Below, in pieces: positions 1 to 9,192 of a stretch of DNA of 64,000 nt. The notes below the pieces were generated by a model. That model was not told the DNA's origin, did not search any database, and worked only from the letters and a program-made list of their open reading frames with translations. Position numbers and translations under genes: made by a program. Source of the DNA: an uncultured Candidatus Actinomarina sp. (GTDB taxonomy: Bacteria; Actinomycetota; Acidimicrobiia; Actinomarinales; Actinomarinaceae). The stretch spans positions 82,330 through 146,329 of the forward strand of contig CACASI010000002.1 in the NCBI GenBank assembly GCA_902535055.1, in the 5' to 3' direction. Position 1 is the first letter of the stretch. Every line of letters starts with the position of its first letter.

Positions 1-2
1 GG

Positions 3-731
3 AGTAAAGATGAAATTTTTCAAAATGGAAGGTTCTTGAATGTCTTCAGAGAAGATGATCGAGTTAGTAAATCAATTATTAAATTTGTGGGTAATTTAAA
101 TGAAGAGCCATCAAAGCTAATTAACGCTGTATTTTTTGCAAGGTGGTGCAATAGGCAGGAAGTTTTGGATACTTTAACGTCCGATGATTTAAATAATCCT
201 GAAAACTTAAAAAATAAATTAGAAAGTATTAATCCATGGTGTAATGAAACTGCATATCCAGTTGAACCAGTTACATGGGGAGGTAAACAATACTCAAGAA
301 TTGATGCTGCAACTAAATTATTTTATAAGGTGCAAGATTCTTTATTAAATATTCTTGAATCATCAAACAAGAGTGTGATTAATGCAACCAACAACATAAA
401 TAAAGAATTTCAAATGCAAAATGATTTTCCAATTTTCATGGCAGTTATTGATATTGCTTGGTTTAGACCCGATATTATTCCAATTGAAAGTGAGGTTCCT
501 ACAGGAATAGGTGCTGTTGCTTATCTAGATAGATTACAAAATCATCTTGGTTTAAGTTCCCACCAAGAAGTTGGTGAAAAAATGATTGAACTACAAAAAA
601 CATACTGGCCTGAAGCAAAACGTGGTTTTAATCCAATAGATATAGAATATTTAGCCTGTGAATGTAGAAAATACTATAGCTATATAAATGGGACGAAGGT
701 TTTTGAAGGTAAAAACAAATTTATACCTTAA
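3..731 (+). CDS. 5'-partial ORF resembling the alpha-glutamyl/putrescinyl thymine pyrophosphorylase (aGPT-Pplase) family of DNA base hypermodification proteins
   Basis: The frame is open from nt 3 to the window edge, so the listed TTG at 36 is probably internal. Blocks RFLNVFREDDRVSK, FFARWCNR, PTGIGAVAY and the C-terminal IDIEYLACECRKYY resemble remembered conserved blocks of this family (FTNAYRASDRVSQ ... CE..KY). Not verified by any search. Confidence 0.45.
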   Translation, partial: SKDEIFQNGRFLNVFREDDRVSKSIIKFVGNLNEEPSKLINAVFFARWCNRQEVLDTLTSDDLNNPENLKNKLESINPWCNETAYPVEPVTWGGKQYSRIDAATKLFYKVQDSLLNILESSNKSVINATNNINKEFQMQNDFPIFMAVIDIAWFRPDIIPIESEVPTGIGAVAYLDRLQNHLGLSSHQEVGEKMIELQKTYWPEAKRGFNPIDIEYLACECRKYYSYINGTKVFEGKNKFIP

Positions 732-1163
732 TTAGCTGAGTTTATTTATTCTATTTATATATCTTTCCTCATTTAAAAAAGAGGAATTTAAAAATGACTC
801 AGTTATTTCTTTTGCAGCCTCAATATCTAGATTTTCCGAACCAAGACATAGAACATTTACATCATTATGCTCAACAGATTGAATAGCAGTTTTTACATTA
901 GTGACATTAGAAGCTCTTATACCTTTTACTTTATTTGCTGCAATAGACATGCCAACACCTGTCCCACAGATTAAGACTCCCTTTGTGTCCTCATTATCCA
1001 AAACAAATTCAGATACTTTCGTTGCATAGTCTGGAAAATCACAAGGTTCCAAACTATCAGTTCCAAAGTCCTCAATTTCAAGATCAGAAGATAAAGATTC
1101 TATTAGTAATTGTTTTAATTCAAAACCTGCATGATCAGAAGCAATAGCGATTTTATTAACCAC
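732..1163 (-). CDS. rpiB: ribose-5-phosphate isomerase B (RpiB/LacA/LacB family)
   Basis: 143 aa. IAIASDHAGFELK N-terminus and the CGTGVGMSIAANKVKGIRA motif are typical of RpiB. Confidence 0.9.
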   Translation of the reverse strand: MVNKIAIASDHAGFELKQLLIESLSSDLEIEDFGTDSLEPCDFPDYATKVSEFVLDNEDTKGVLICGTGVGMSIAANKVKGIRASNVTNVKTAIQSVEHNDVNVLCLGSENLDIEAAKEITESFLNSSFLNEERYINRINKLS

Positions 1164-2533
1164 TAGATAAGCTTCTCTATATCCAAGAGATCATCAATAT
1201 CACCCTCTGACATTAATTCCTTGCTAAGCAATACATCTTTTATTGTTAATCCATTTTCCATAGCTTCTTTAGCTACTTCAGCAGCAGCGTCATATCCAAG
1301 CTTTGGTACAAGTGCTGTAACTAGGATTGAGTTTTTTTGAGTATCTTCATTTAGCTTTTCAGTATTTGCTTCTAAGTCTTTAATTAGTTTTTCCCCAAAC
1401 ACACTCACTCCAGTGGTGAGTAAAGCAATGCTTTCAAGTAGATTGTGAGCCACTACAGGAAGCATTGTGTTGAGCTCAAAATTGCCATTCGCTGATGAAA
1501 ACGTAATGGTTGTATCGTTTCCAATAACTTGAGCTGATACCTGCATCATCATTTCAGGTATTACAGGATTTACTTTTCCTGGCATTATTGATGATCCTGG
1601 TTGCAAAGCAGGAATCTTCAAATCTCCTAATCCAGACACTGGTCCACTACCCATCCATCTAATATCATTTGCAATTTTAAAGAGCGATACTGCAAGTGCC
1701 TTCAAAGCACTTGATAAATGAACCACTTCTTCTCTTGATCCTTGTCTTGTGAAATGATTTTCAACTTCTTTAAAAGGTATACCAATTGATGACTGAAGTT
1801 CATTTGCAACATCGGCCCCAAAATTATCAGGAGCGTTTATTCCAGTACCGACAGCGGTCCCCCCAATTGCTAATTTCTGAACATTGTCTAAAGAGGCTTT
1901 AATGTCCCCCATTCTTTCATTAATAAGGTCAGCATATCCAGAAAATTCTTGGCCTAAACTAACAGGTGTAGCATCCATTAAATGAGTTCTTCCGTTTTTA
2001 TAGACTTTCTCCCACTGTTTTGCCTTTTCATTAAGTAATGAAATAAGATTATTTAATTCAGGGATGAGCCCTTCAGTAACATCTATTACAGCAGCTACAT
2101 TTGTAGCTGTTGGAATAACATCATTTGATGATTGACTCATGTTAACGTGGTCGTTTGGATGTATTGATTCACCAGTTTTATCAGATGCTATTTTTGCAAT
2201 AATTTCGTTTGCGTTCATATTTGTGGAAGTACCTGATCCTGTCTGAAAAATATCGACTGCAAAATCTTTGTCGTGATTGCCAGATATTACTTCCTGAGCA
2301 CCGTCAATAATTGAAGTTGCAATTTTCTTATCTAATAATTGGTTATTTTGATTTACTACAGCACAAGCTTTTTTAATTTCGCCCAGCGCTCTAATAAATG
2401 ATCTAGAGAATTTTAAATCTGAAATTGGAAAGTTTTCAATTGCTCTTGCAGTTGAAGCTCCATACATTGCATCAATAGGTACTTCAAATTCACCCATTGA
2501 GTCTTTTTCTATTCTTGTTTCTTTTTTATTCAA
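1163..2533 (-). CDS. fumC: class II fumarate hydratase
   Basis: GSSIMPGKVNP fumarate-lyase signature. EKDSMGEFEVP, FQTGSGTSTNMNANE, SQSSNDVIPTA, GRTHLMDATPVSLGQEFSGY and KIANDIRW track E. coli FumC block by block more closely than AspA. Confidence 0.88.
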   Translation of the reverse strand: MNKKETRIEKDSMGEFEVPIDAMYGASTARAIENFPISDLKFSRSFIRALGEIKKACAVVNQNNQLLDKKIATSIIDGAQEVISGNHDKDFAVDIFQTGSGTSTNMNANEIIAKIASDKTGESIHPNDHVNMSQSSNDVIPTATNVAAVIDVTEGLIPELNNLISLLNEKAKQWEKVYKNGRTHLMDATPVSLGQEFSGYADLINERMGDIKASLDNVQKLAIGGTAVGTGINAPDNFGADVANELQSSIGIPFKEVENHFTRQGSREEVVHLSSALKALAVSLFKIANDIRWMGSGPVSGLGDLKIPALQPGSSIMPGKVNPVIPEMMMQVSAQVIGNDTTITFSSANGNFELNTMLPVVAHNLLESIALLTTGVSVFGEKLIKDLEANTEKLNEDTQKNSILVTALVPKLGYDAAAEVAKEAMENGLTIKDVLLSKELMSEGDIDDLLDIEKLI

Positions 2534-3231
2534 TTTTCTTCCTGATATTGAGTGTATCCACCAGAATCAACTTCTTCAATCAATTCATTTGAACCTGATT
2601 TAACGATTTTTCCGTTAACAACAATGTGGACTTGATCAACATCAAGATATTTCAGTATTCTGCTGTAGTGAGTTACAAGAATATATGAAGTATTCTCATC
2701 TCTATTCTCATTGATTAATGTTGCAACAGATTTAATTGCATCAATATCTAAACCTGAATCTATTTCATCAAGAAGGGCAAGAGATGGCTTCATTAAGGAC
2801 AATTGAAACAGTTCTGATCTTTTTTTCTCTCCTCCAGATAGATCAACATTTACGTCGCGATCTAAAAACTCATCTAAATTAAATCTTTTAGAAAGCTCTA
2901 TAAGTTCAGCCTCATCAACATCCCTTAAAAATGATTGAATAAACTCACGAAGAGTTACTCCTGGTAGTCCAACAGGATATTGAAATGATTGAAAAATTCC
3001 TTTTTGAGCCCTATCGAATTGAGGAATAGATAAAACATCTTCACCATTTAAAGTAACATCACCTTCATTTTTATAATCAGTATTACCCATCAACACATGA
3101 CATAAAGTTGACTTACCTGAACCATTTGGACCCATTACTGCATGTAATTCTCCATCACCAATTTCAAGATCAATTCCTTTAAGTATTTCTACTTCACCTA
3201 TGGAAGCTTTTAGATTTTTGACTTTAAGCAT
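2530..3231 (-). CDS. sufC: Fe-S cluster assembly ATPase SufC
   Basis: Walker A GPNGSGKST, LSGGEKKR signature, 233 aa, located in the suf operon. Confidence 0.92.
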   Translation of the reverse strand: MLKVKNLKASIGEVEILKGIDLEIGDGELHAVMGPNGSGKSTLCHVLMGNTDYKNEGDVTLNGEDVLSIPQFDRAQKGIFQSFQYPVGLPGVTLREFIQSFLRDVDEAELIELSKRFNLDEFLDRDVNVDLSGGEKKRSELFQLSLMKPSLALLDEIDSGLDIDAIKSVATLINENRDENTSYILVTHYSRILKYLDVDQVHIVVNGKIVKSGSNELIEEVDSGGYTQYQEEN

Positions 3232-3538
3232 TTTCTTCCATTTCTAAATAAATTGTTTCATCTTCAATTGAAATAGCATAAGTTGCAACCGGCCTTGTTG
3301 CAGGTAAAGTAACAGCTTCACCTGTTTTTAAATCAAACTCTGCTCCATGAAGTGGGCATTCAATTTTGCAGTCGAAAACTTCTCCTTCTGCTAATGAGGC
3401 TTCTGCATGTGAACACATATCATCAATTGCATAAAATTCTCCTTCAACATTAAAAATTGAAATATCCTTATCTCCCACATTTATTGTTTTTACAGAGTTT
3501 TCATTTATCTCTGATATATTGACGGTTTTAACTTTCAT
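3224..3538 (-). CDS. Rieske [2Fe-2S] ferredoxin-like protein encoded within the suf operon
   Basis: CSH ... CPLHGAEFDLKTG Rieske cluster ligands. Its position between sufD and sufC matches other Actinobacteria. Confidence 0.85.
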   Translation of the reverse strand: MKVKTVNISEINENSVKTINVGDKDISIFNVEGEFYAIDDMCSHAEASLAEGEVFDCKIECPLHGAEFDLKTGEAVTLPATRPVATYAISIEDETIYLEMEENA

Positions 3539-4697
3539 TAGATTTTCTCTCTAGAATATTTTCATATTTTTGGGATAAAGTATCGGCAACTTCATCATGA
3601 ATAATTTCCCAAGCATCCTCATTAATAACTTCGTTGAAAAAACCCTTGATTAGTAATTTTTCTGCATCCTCTTTATTTATTCCACGTGACATTACATAGT
3701 GATAAAGGTCTTCATCAATTGGACCTACAGAAGATCCATGACCACAAATTACATCGTCACAGAGAATTTCTAAATTGGGTACAGATTGAGCTGAGGCTTT
3801 TTCAGTCAATATAATATTTCTATTCTCTTGTTGAGATTCAGTTTTAACTGCACCTTCACCAATATGAATTGTCCCAGTAAAAATTGAAGAACTTTTATCG
3901 CCAAGAACCCCTTTTGTGATCATATTTGATGTTGTACTTTTTCCAAGATGGTTAACAAACACTCTTGTGTCATGAATTTGACTATTTTCACCAAAATAAA
4001 CACCATCAACTTCAAATCCTGAACCATTTCCAAATAAATCTATGTCTAGACGTGATCTAGAGAACAATCCACCGGTGCTCACCATGTGAACCGATAGACT
4101 TGCATCATTAAGAAGTTTTGCGTAAAGATTGTTGATTAGGCTAACTTCATTTTTTGACGTAACATTAAGAATTAATTCCAAAGATGAATTTAGATTTAGA
4201 AAAATTTCTATTGTTGGAAAGATATTTCCTCGAACCAGGTCACCAAAATTTAACAGTAGTTTTCCTGATTTATTTTTTTCCATATTTATTCCCAAATATG
4301 GAACAGCTGTATCTTCAGACTGAAAATTTATTGAATAGTATTCTGGGCAGTCATCTTTAAAATTTAATTGAAAACCACCAGTTAATTTCTCAAACTGTTC
4401 AATTGAAAATCTATCAAAGGGTCTTTTAATGGACTCATCAATAGTTGATTTTGTAATTTTCTCAAGATCTGTAACTTCAACACTTTTATCTTCGGTATTT
4501 ATAACAAATTCATGACAATTTGAGTCAACATTAAATATTTCATTTTTTTCAATTTCTGATGGTTTTCCGACCTCAAATTCATTAACTGTGAAAACATTTT
4601 TTCCAGTATATTTCCAGTCTTCGTTTTTAACAGAAATTTCAGGTAAATCTTTAGATGTTTTTTTTGCTAAATTTTTTTCAACTAGTTTTGTATTCAA
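3528..4697 (-). CDS. sufD: Fe-S cluster assembly protein SufD
   Basis: 389 aa. C-terminal LYHYVMSRGINKEDAEKLLIKGF block is shared with the SufB/SufD family. It follows sufB. Confidence 0.85.
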   Translation of the reverse strand: MNTKLVEKNLAKKTSKDLPEISVKNEDWKYTGKNVFTVNEFEVGKPSEIEKNEIFNVDSNCHEFVINTEDKSVEVTDLEKITKSTIDESIKRPFDRFSIEQFEKLTGGFQLNFKDDCPEYYSINFQSEDTAVPYLGINMEKNKSGKLLLNFGDLVRGNIFPTIEIFLNLNSSLELILNVTSKNEVSLINNLYAKLLNDASLSVHMVSTGGLFSRSRLDIDLFGNGSGFEVDGVYFGENSQIHDTRVFVNHLGKSTTSNMITKGVLGDKSSSIFTGTIHIGEGAVKTESQQENRNIILTEKASAQSVPNLEILCDDVICGHGSSVGPIDEDLYHYVMSRGINKEDAEKLLIKGFFNEVINEDAWEIIHDEVADTLSQKYENILERKSNES

Positions 4698-4713
4698 ATG
4701 ACTTCCTATGCAA

Positions 4714-6123
4714 TTAACCTACTGCACCGGCTTCAATCATGTTGAGCTCGATTAATTTGTTAAATTCCATTGCATATTCCATCGGAAGTGTTTTTGTAAA
4801 CTCTTCTACAAAGCCAGCAACTATCATAGACGTTGCCTCTTCTTCAGAAAGGCCTCTGCTCATTAAGTAAAAAAGTTGATCCTCTCCAACTTTAGAGACT
4901 GTAGCCTCATGTCCTATTTCTGCTGAGGATTCTTCAATCTCCATATAAGGATAAGTATCTGACCTAGATTCATCATCTAAAATTAGTGCATCACATCTAA
5001 CAAAACTTTTTGCTGTTTCAGCTCCGTCTTCAACTTTTACAAGTCCTCGATAGGCTCCTCTTCCACCACCTTTTGAAACTGACTTCGATGTAATCAAAGA
5101 TGTTGTATCGGGAGCAAGATGAACCATTTTTGCTCCTGTATCTTGATGCTGACCTGAGTTTGCAAAGGCTACAGATAATACTTCACCATGAGCGCCTGGT
5201 TCCATTAAATAAACGGAAGGATATTTAACGGTTAATCCTGAACCAAGATTTGCATCAATCCACTCCATGGTTGCATTGCCATAAGCTTGTGCCCTCTTTG
5301 TAACTAAGTTATAAACATCATTTGACCAGTTTTGAATTGTTGTATATCTACAAGTTCCAGAAGCTTTGACAACTATCTCTACAACTGCAGAATGTAATGC
5401 GTCAGTCGTGTAAACAGGTGCTGAGCAACCCTCAATATAATGTACAGAAGCTCCCTCATCAACAAGAATTAAGGTTCTTTCAAATTGACCCATATTTTCT
5501 GCATTAATTCTGAAATATGCCTGCAGTGGATCTTCAACATGAACACCTTTTGGAACATATATAAATGATCCACCTGACCATACGGCTGAATTTAGTGCAG
5601 CAAATTTGTTGTCACCAGGAGGAATTACTGTTCCAAAATATTCTTGAACTAATTCAGGATATTCTCGAACTGCCGTATCCATATCGCAAAACAATACACC
5701 TAGTTTTTCCAAGTCTTCTCTATTTTTATGATAAACAACTTCACTCTCATATTGTGCTGTAACTCCAGCAAGATAAGTTCTTTCTGCCTCTGGTATACCC
5801 AGTTTTTCATAAGTTTGTTTTATTTCTTCTGGAACTTCATCCCATGAGTCTGCTTGATTTTCAGTAGGTTTTATGTAGTAGTAGATATCATCGAAATCTA
5901 ATTGGCTAAGTTTTTCTTTTGCAACCCACTCTGGCATTGGTTTATCAAGAAACCTTTTATATGCTTTTAATCTGAATTCCAGCATCCATTCTGGCTCTTC
6001 TTTAATTTCAGACATTTTTCTTATGATGTCTTCGTTTAAACCTTTCTCAGGCTTGAATACATTTTTTTCAGGGTCAGACCACCCTAAAGAGTATTTTCCA
6101 ATGTCAATATCTACGTCAGTCAT
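4714..6123 (-). CDS. sufB: Fe-S cluster assembly protein SufB
   Basis: 469 aa with highly conserved SufB blocks ([31 protein letters not shown]). Confidence 0.95.
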   Translation of the reverse strand: MTDVDIDIGKYSLGWSDPEKNVFKPEKGLNEDIIRKMSEIKEEPEWMLEFRLKAYKRFLDKPMPEWVAKEKLSQLDFDDIYYYIKPTENQADSWDEVPEEIKQTYEKLGIPEAERTYLAGVTAQYESEVVYHKNREDLEKLGVLFCDMDTAVREYPELVQEYFGTVIPPGDNKFAALNSAVWSGGSFIYVPKGVHVEDPLQAYFRINAENMGQFERTLILVDEGASVHYIEGCSAPVYTTDALHSAVVEIVVKASGTCRYTTIQNWSNDVYNLVTKRAQAYGNATMEWIDANLGSGLTVKYPSVYLMEPGAHGEVLSVAFANSGQHQDTGAKMVHLAPDTTSLITSKSVSKGGGRGAYRGLVKVEDGAETAKSFVRCDALILDDESRSDTYPYMEIEESSAEIGHEATVSKVGEDQLFYLMSRGLSEEEATSMIVAGFVEEFTKTLPMEYAMEFNKLIELNMIEAGAVG

Positions 6124-6204
6124 AATTTAATTCTAGTAAAGCTTCGTTTCAATAATAAGAGCTATAAATATAGTTTTCTCATATTGTTAATTAAACTTTA
6201 ATAG

Positions 6205-6645
6205 ATGCCTGTTATATGTGTAAACCCTTCAAATAGCTCAGACAAGGAAATTGTTGATGGTCTTTCTAAACAAAACGAAGATTTACGACTATTTTTATCA
6301 GATAAATTAGAAGATTCATTTAGGTCATCGCTTCCAGGTAAAAAAGCAATAGGAGATATATTAGACGATACTCACATATCGACGGCCTCAAGCGGTGCAT
6401 TTTGTGGAGTATTCTTCGAAGATAAGGATGCAAAACTTAGAAGTATTTTTATAAATGCTATTAAAGATAGTTCTTTAAAAAGAATTATCTGGTTATCTCA
6501 AAGTGACCCAGATGAAAAGATATTAAGTCTAAAAAACTTAGCATACTTACAACATGAAGATTATAAAAATCTTATTGAAAACGTACTTGAGTTAGAGAGC
6601 CAAGAAGAGATAGATTTTGGCCATAAACAGATAAGCAAGGATTAA
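6205..6645 (+). CDS. hypothetical protein (146 aa) immediately upstream of the DNA methyltransferase
   Basis: Intact ORF whose stop lies 2 nt before the MTase start. I recognise no family. A loose D(51-55)...E72-D-K74 pattern follows a hydrophobic strand. Confidence 0.5.
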   Translation: MPVICVNPSNSSDKEIVDGLSKQNEDLRLFLSDKLEDSFRSSLPGKKAIGDILDDTHISTASSGAFCGVFFEDKDAKLRSIFINAIKDSSLKRIIWLSQSDPDEKILSLKNLAYLQHEDYKNLIENVLELESQEEIDFGHKQISKD

Positions 6646-6647
6646 AA

Positions 6648-7478
6648 ATGTCAAAAGAATCTGTTTTTAAAGAAGGGTCGGGATCTAGAAAAGGTTTCGT
6701 CTCTAAATTTCAAACAGAAAATAATCTTGATATGCAAACAGAAAATAACATATCAAAAATCCGAAATAAAATATTTAATAAAAGCTCAGAAAATATGAGT
6801 GAGCTCGTTGACAATTGTATCTCACTGACCGTAACTTCACCTCCGTATAATGTAGGCAAGTTGAGCGATCTTGATCTTGATGATAAAAAATATTGGAAGA
6901 TGATGAAATCTTGTTTTGAAGAAGTTTACAGAGTAACTGAATCTGGCGGTCGTTTAGTTGTAAATGTTGCAAATCTTGGAAGAAAACCATATATTCCCTT
7001 TTCTAATCAATTCACAGAACTACTTTTAAATTTGGGTTTTATTATGCGTGGAGAAATTATTTGGCAAAAATCAAAGGGTGCAAATGCAAATTTTGCATGG
7101 GGTAGTTGGCTGTCAGCATCAAACCCAGTAATACGTGATCTTCATGAGTATTGCTTAGTGTTCTCAAAAGAGTCAATGAATAGAAACAAAGAAGGAGAAT
7201 CAACAATTGAAAAAGAAGAGTTTATGGACTCTACTCTCTCAATATGGAATATTCTTCCTGCAAAAGCTAAAAAAATTGGTCATCCTGCTCCATTCCCAGA
7301 AGAGTTGGTTGAACGATTTATTAATCTTTATTCTTATAAAAATGAAATTATTCTTGATCCTTTTTTTGGAAGTGGAACTACAGGGTTAGCAGCAAAAAAT
7401 TTAGAAAGAGACTATATAGGCTATGAGGTCAATAGTGATTACTGTGATCTTGCTAAAAAAAGAATCAACTCTCGTTAA
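6648..7478 (+). CDS. beta-class DNA methyltransferase (N4-cytosine or N6-adenine; PF01555-like)
   Basis: Catalytic TSPPYN motif lies N-terminal to the SAM motif FFGSGTTGLAA (beta-class motif order). GHPAPFPEELVERFI block is present. Confidence 0.88.
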   Translation: MSKESVFKEGSGSRKGFVSKFQTENNLDMQTENNISKIRNKIFNKSSENMSELVDNCISLTVTSPPYNVGKLSDLDLDDKKYWKMMKSCFEEVYRVTESGGRLVVNVANLGRKPYIPFSNQFTELLLNLGFIMRGEIIWQKSKGANANFAWGSWLSASNPVIRDLHEYCLVFSKESMNRNKEGESTIEKEEFMDSTLSIWNILPAKAKKIGHPAPFPEELVERFINLYSYKNEIILDPFFGSGTTGLAAKNLERDYIGYEVNSDYCDLAKKRINSR

Positions 7479-9192
7479 CTAGATTCCAAGCAGAAAAAAG
7501 ATCTTTGTACGTCTGATTATCTTTTAATAAATTTTCATGACTATCAAATCCAATTAGATTACCGTTTTCCATGACTATAATTTTTTCTGCATTAAGTACA
7601 GTTTCAAGTCTGTGTGCAATAACTATTGATGTCTGAAATGCTAAAAGTTTTTCGGTTGCATCAAGTATCGATGATTCAGACTCTATATCTAAATTTGCAG
7701 TAGCTTCATCAAAGACAATAATTTTTCTTTTTGCTAAAACTGCTCTTAATAAGGCAACAAATTGTCTTTCACCAGCTGATATATTTCCACCTCGTTCACC
7801 TACCTCTTGATCTAATTTTTTCTCATATCTATCAAACCAGTCAAGAACACCAATTGATGCAAGTTCTTCTTCTAACGAGGTAACATCTGGCTGTGAATAA
7901 TTTAAATTTTCTCTGATTGTTCCTCTGAATAAAAAGCTCTCTTGTGGAACAAATGCAACATTATTTCTAACCCATTCTTCATCAACTTCTTTAGAGTCAA
8001 TTCCAAAATATTTCATTGCTCCACCAGTAGGTAAATAAAATCGGAGGATTAATTTAGCAATTGTACTTTTTCCCGCACCAGTCTCTCCAACTATTGCAAT
8101 TTTTTCTCCTTTATTAATAGAAAAAGATACTTCATGTAATACGTTTTCTCTTCCATATGAAAATTTAACATTGTCAAACTCGACAGCATTTTCAGGAGAA
8201 GTATCTGGAAATTTTTCCCCTTTCTTACTTAAATTAGGTTGTTCATCAAGAATTGAGAAAACTTTCTTCATAGATGAGCCAGCAGATCTTAAAGTATCGT
8301 AATTAAAAGACAATTGAATTAACGGATCAAAAAAGTAGTTTAAATAAAATAAAAGAGCAACCAATTCGCCAACAGAGAGTGTTCCCTCAGATATTCTTTG
8401 TGAGCCAAACCACAATACAGTAGCAATAGAGGAAACCCTGGTGAATTCAAGAAATGGAAAGTAAACAGCAATATTTCTTGCTGATCTCATATTTGCTTTG
8501 AAATGTTCTTTATTTACTTTTTTAAATCTTTTTATTTGGGTATCTTCATCTGTATAAGCTTGAATTACTCTTACTCCCGATATGCCTTCTTGTAATGAAG
8601 AAAGTACCTGTCCTATCCATTCTCTAACTTCCCAATAGGTGGTATCTGCATAATTTCTGAATATTTTTGTAGCAATAGCCAATATTGGCATAACAACAAA
8701 AGCTAATATTGAAAGTTGCACATCGACAATAAATACAGCTATTACAGCACCAAATATTGTTAACAAAGCAGTTAACACACTACTTGCACCTTCTTTTGCA
8801 AATTCAGTCAAGCTTTGCATATCAGATGTTAATCTTGCTACTAAAACTCCAGTCTTATTTTTTTCAAAATAATTTATATCAAGAGATGACATATGCCTAA
8901 ATAATTTCTCCCTCACCCTTTTTACATATGTCTCACCAACCATACCGATATAAAGTAGAGCTTGACTTGTTACAAAATATAACAAAACGAGAGTTAGAAA
9001 ATAATAAAGGGATTGTTCTAATACATATCCATAATTTGATTCTATTACACCACCATCTATTCCATTTCTTATCAAATATGGACCAACCATTCTTATTGCT
9101 GTAGCGAGTAAAGCAATTAAAGAGCTTATAATGAATTTGTTTCTAACCTCTGGGACAAGTTTCAATGATCGAGAAAATGTTTTGTCTTTCAA
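7465..9192 (-). CDS. ABC transporter, fused permease/ATP-binding subunit (exporter type)
   Basis: N-terminal 6-TM region, Walker A GETGAGKST, signature ISAGERQ, Walker B IIVFDEAT. Confidence 0.9.
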   Translation of the reverse strand: MKDKTFSRSLKLVPEVRNKFIISSLIALLATAIRMVGPYLIRNGIDGGVIESNYGYVLEQSLYYFLTLVLLYFVTSQALLYIGMVGETYVKRVREKLFRHMSSLDINYFEKNKTGVLVARLTSDMQSLTEFAKEGASSVLTALLTIFGAVIAVFIVDVQLSILAFVVMPILAIATKIFRNYADTTYWEVREWIGQVLSSLQEGISGVRVIQAYTDEDTQIKRFKKVNKEHFKANMRSARNIAVYFPFLEFTRVSSIATVLWFGSQRISEGTLSVGELVALLFYLNYFFDPLIQLSFNYDTLRSAGSSMKKVFSILDEQPNLSKKGEKFPDTSPENAVEFDNVKFSYGRENVLHEVSFSINKGEKIAIVGETGAGKSTIAKLILRFYLPTGGAMKYFGIDSKEVDEEWVRNNVAFVPQESFLFRGTIRENLNYSQPDVTSLEEELASIGVLDWFDRYEKKLDQEVGERGGNISAGERQFVALLRAVLAKRKIIVFDEATANLDIESESSILDATEKLLAFQTSIVIAHRLETVLNAEKIIVMENGNLIGFDSHENLLKDNQTYKDLFSAWNLVNES

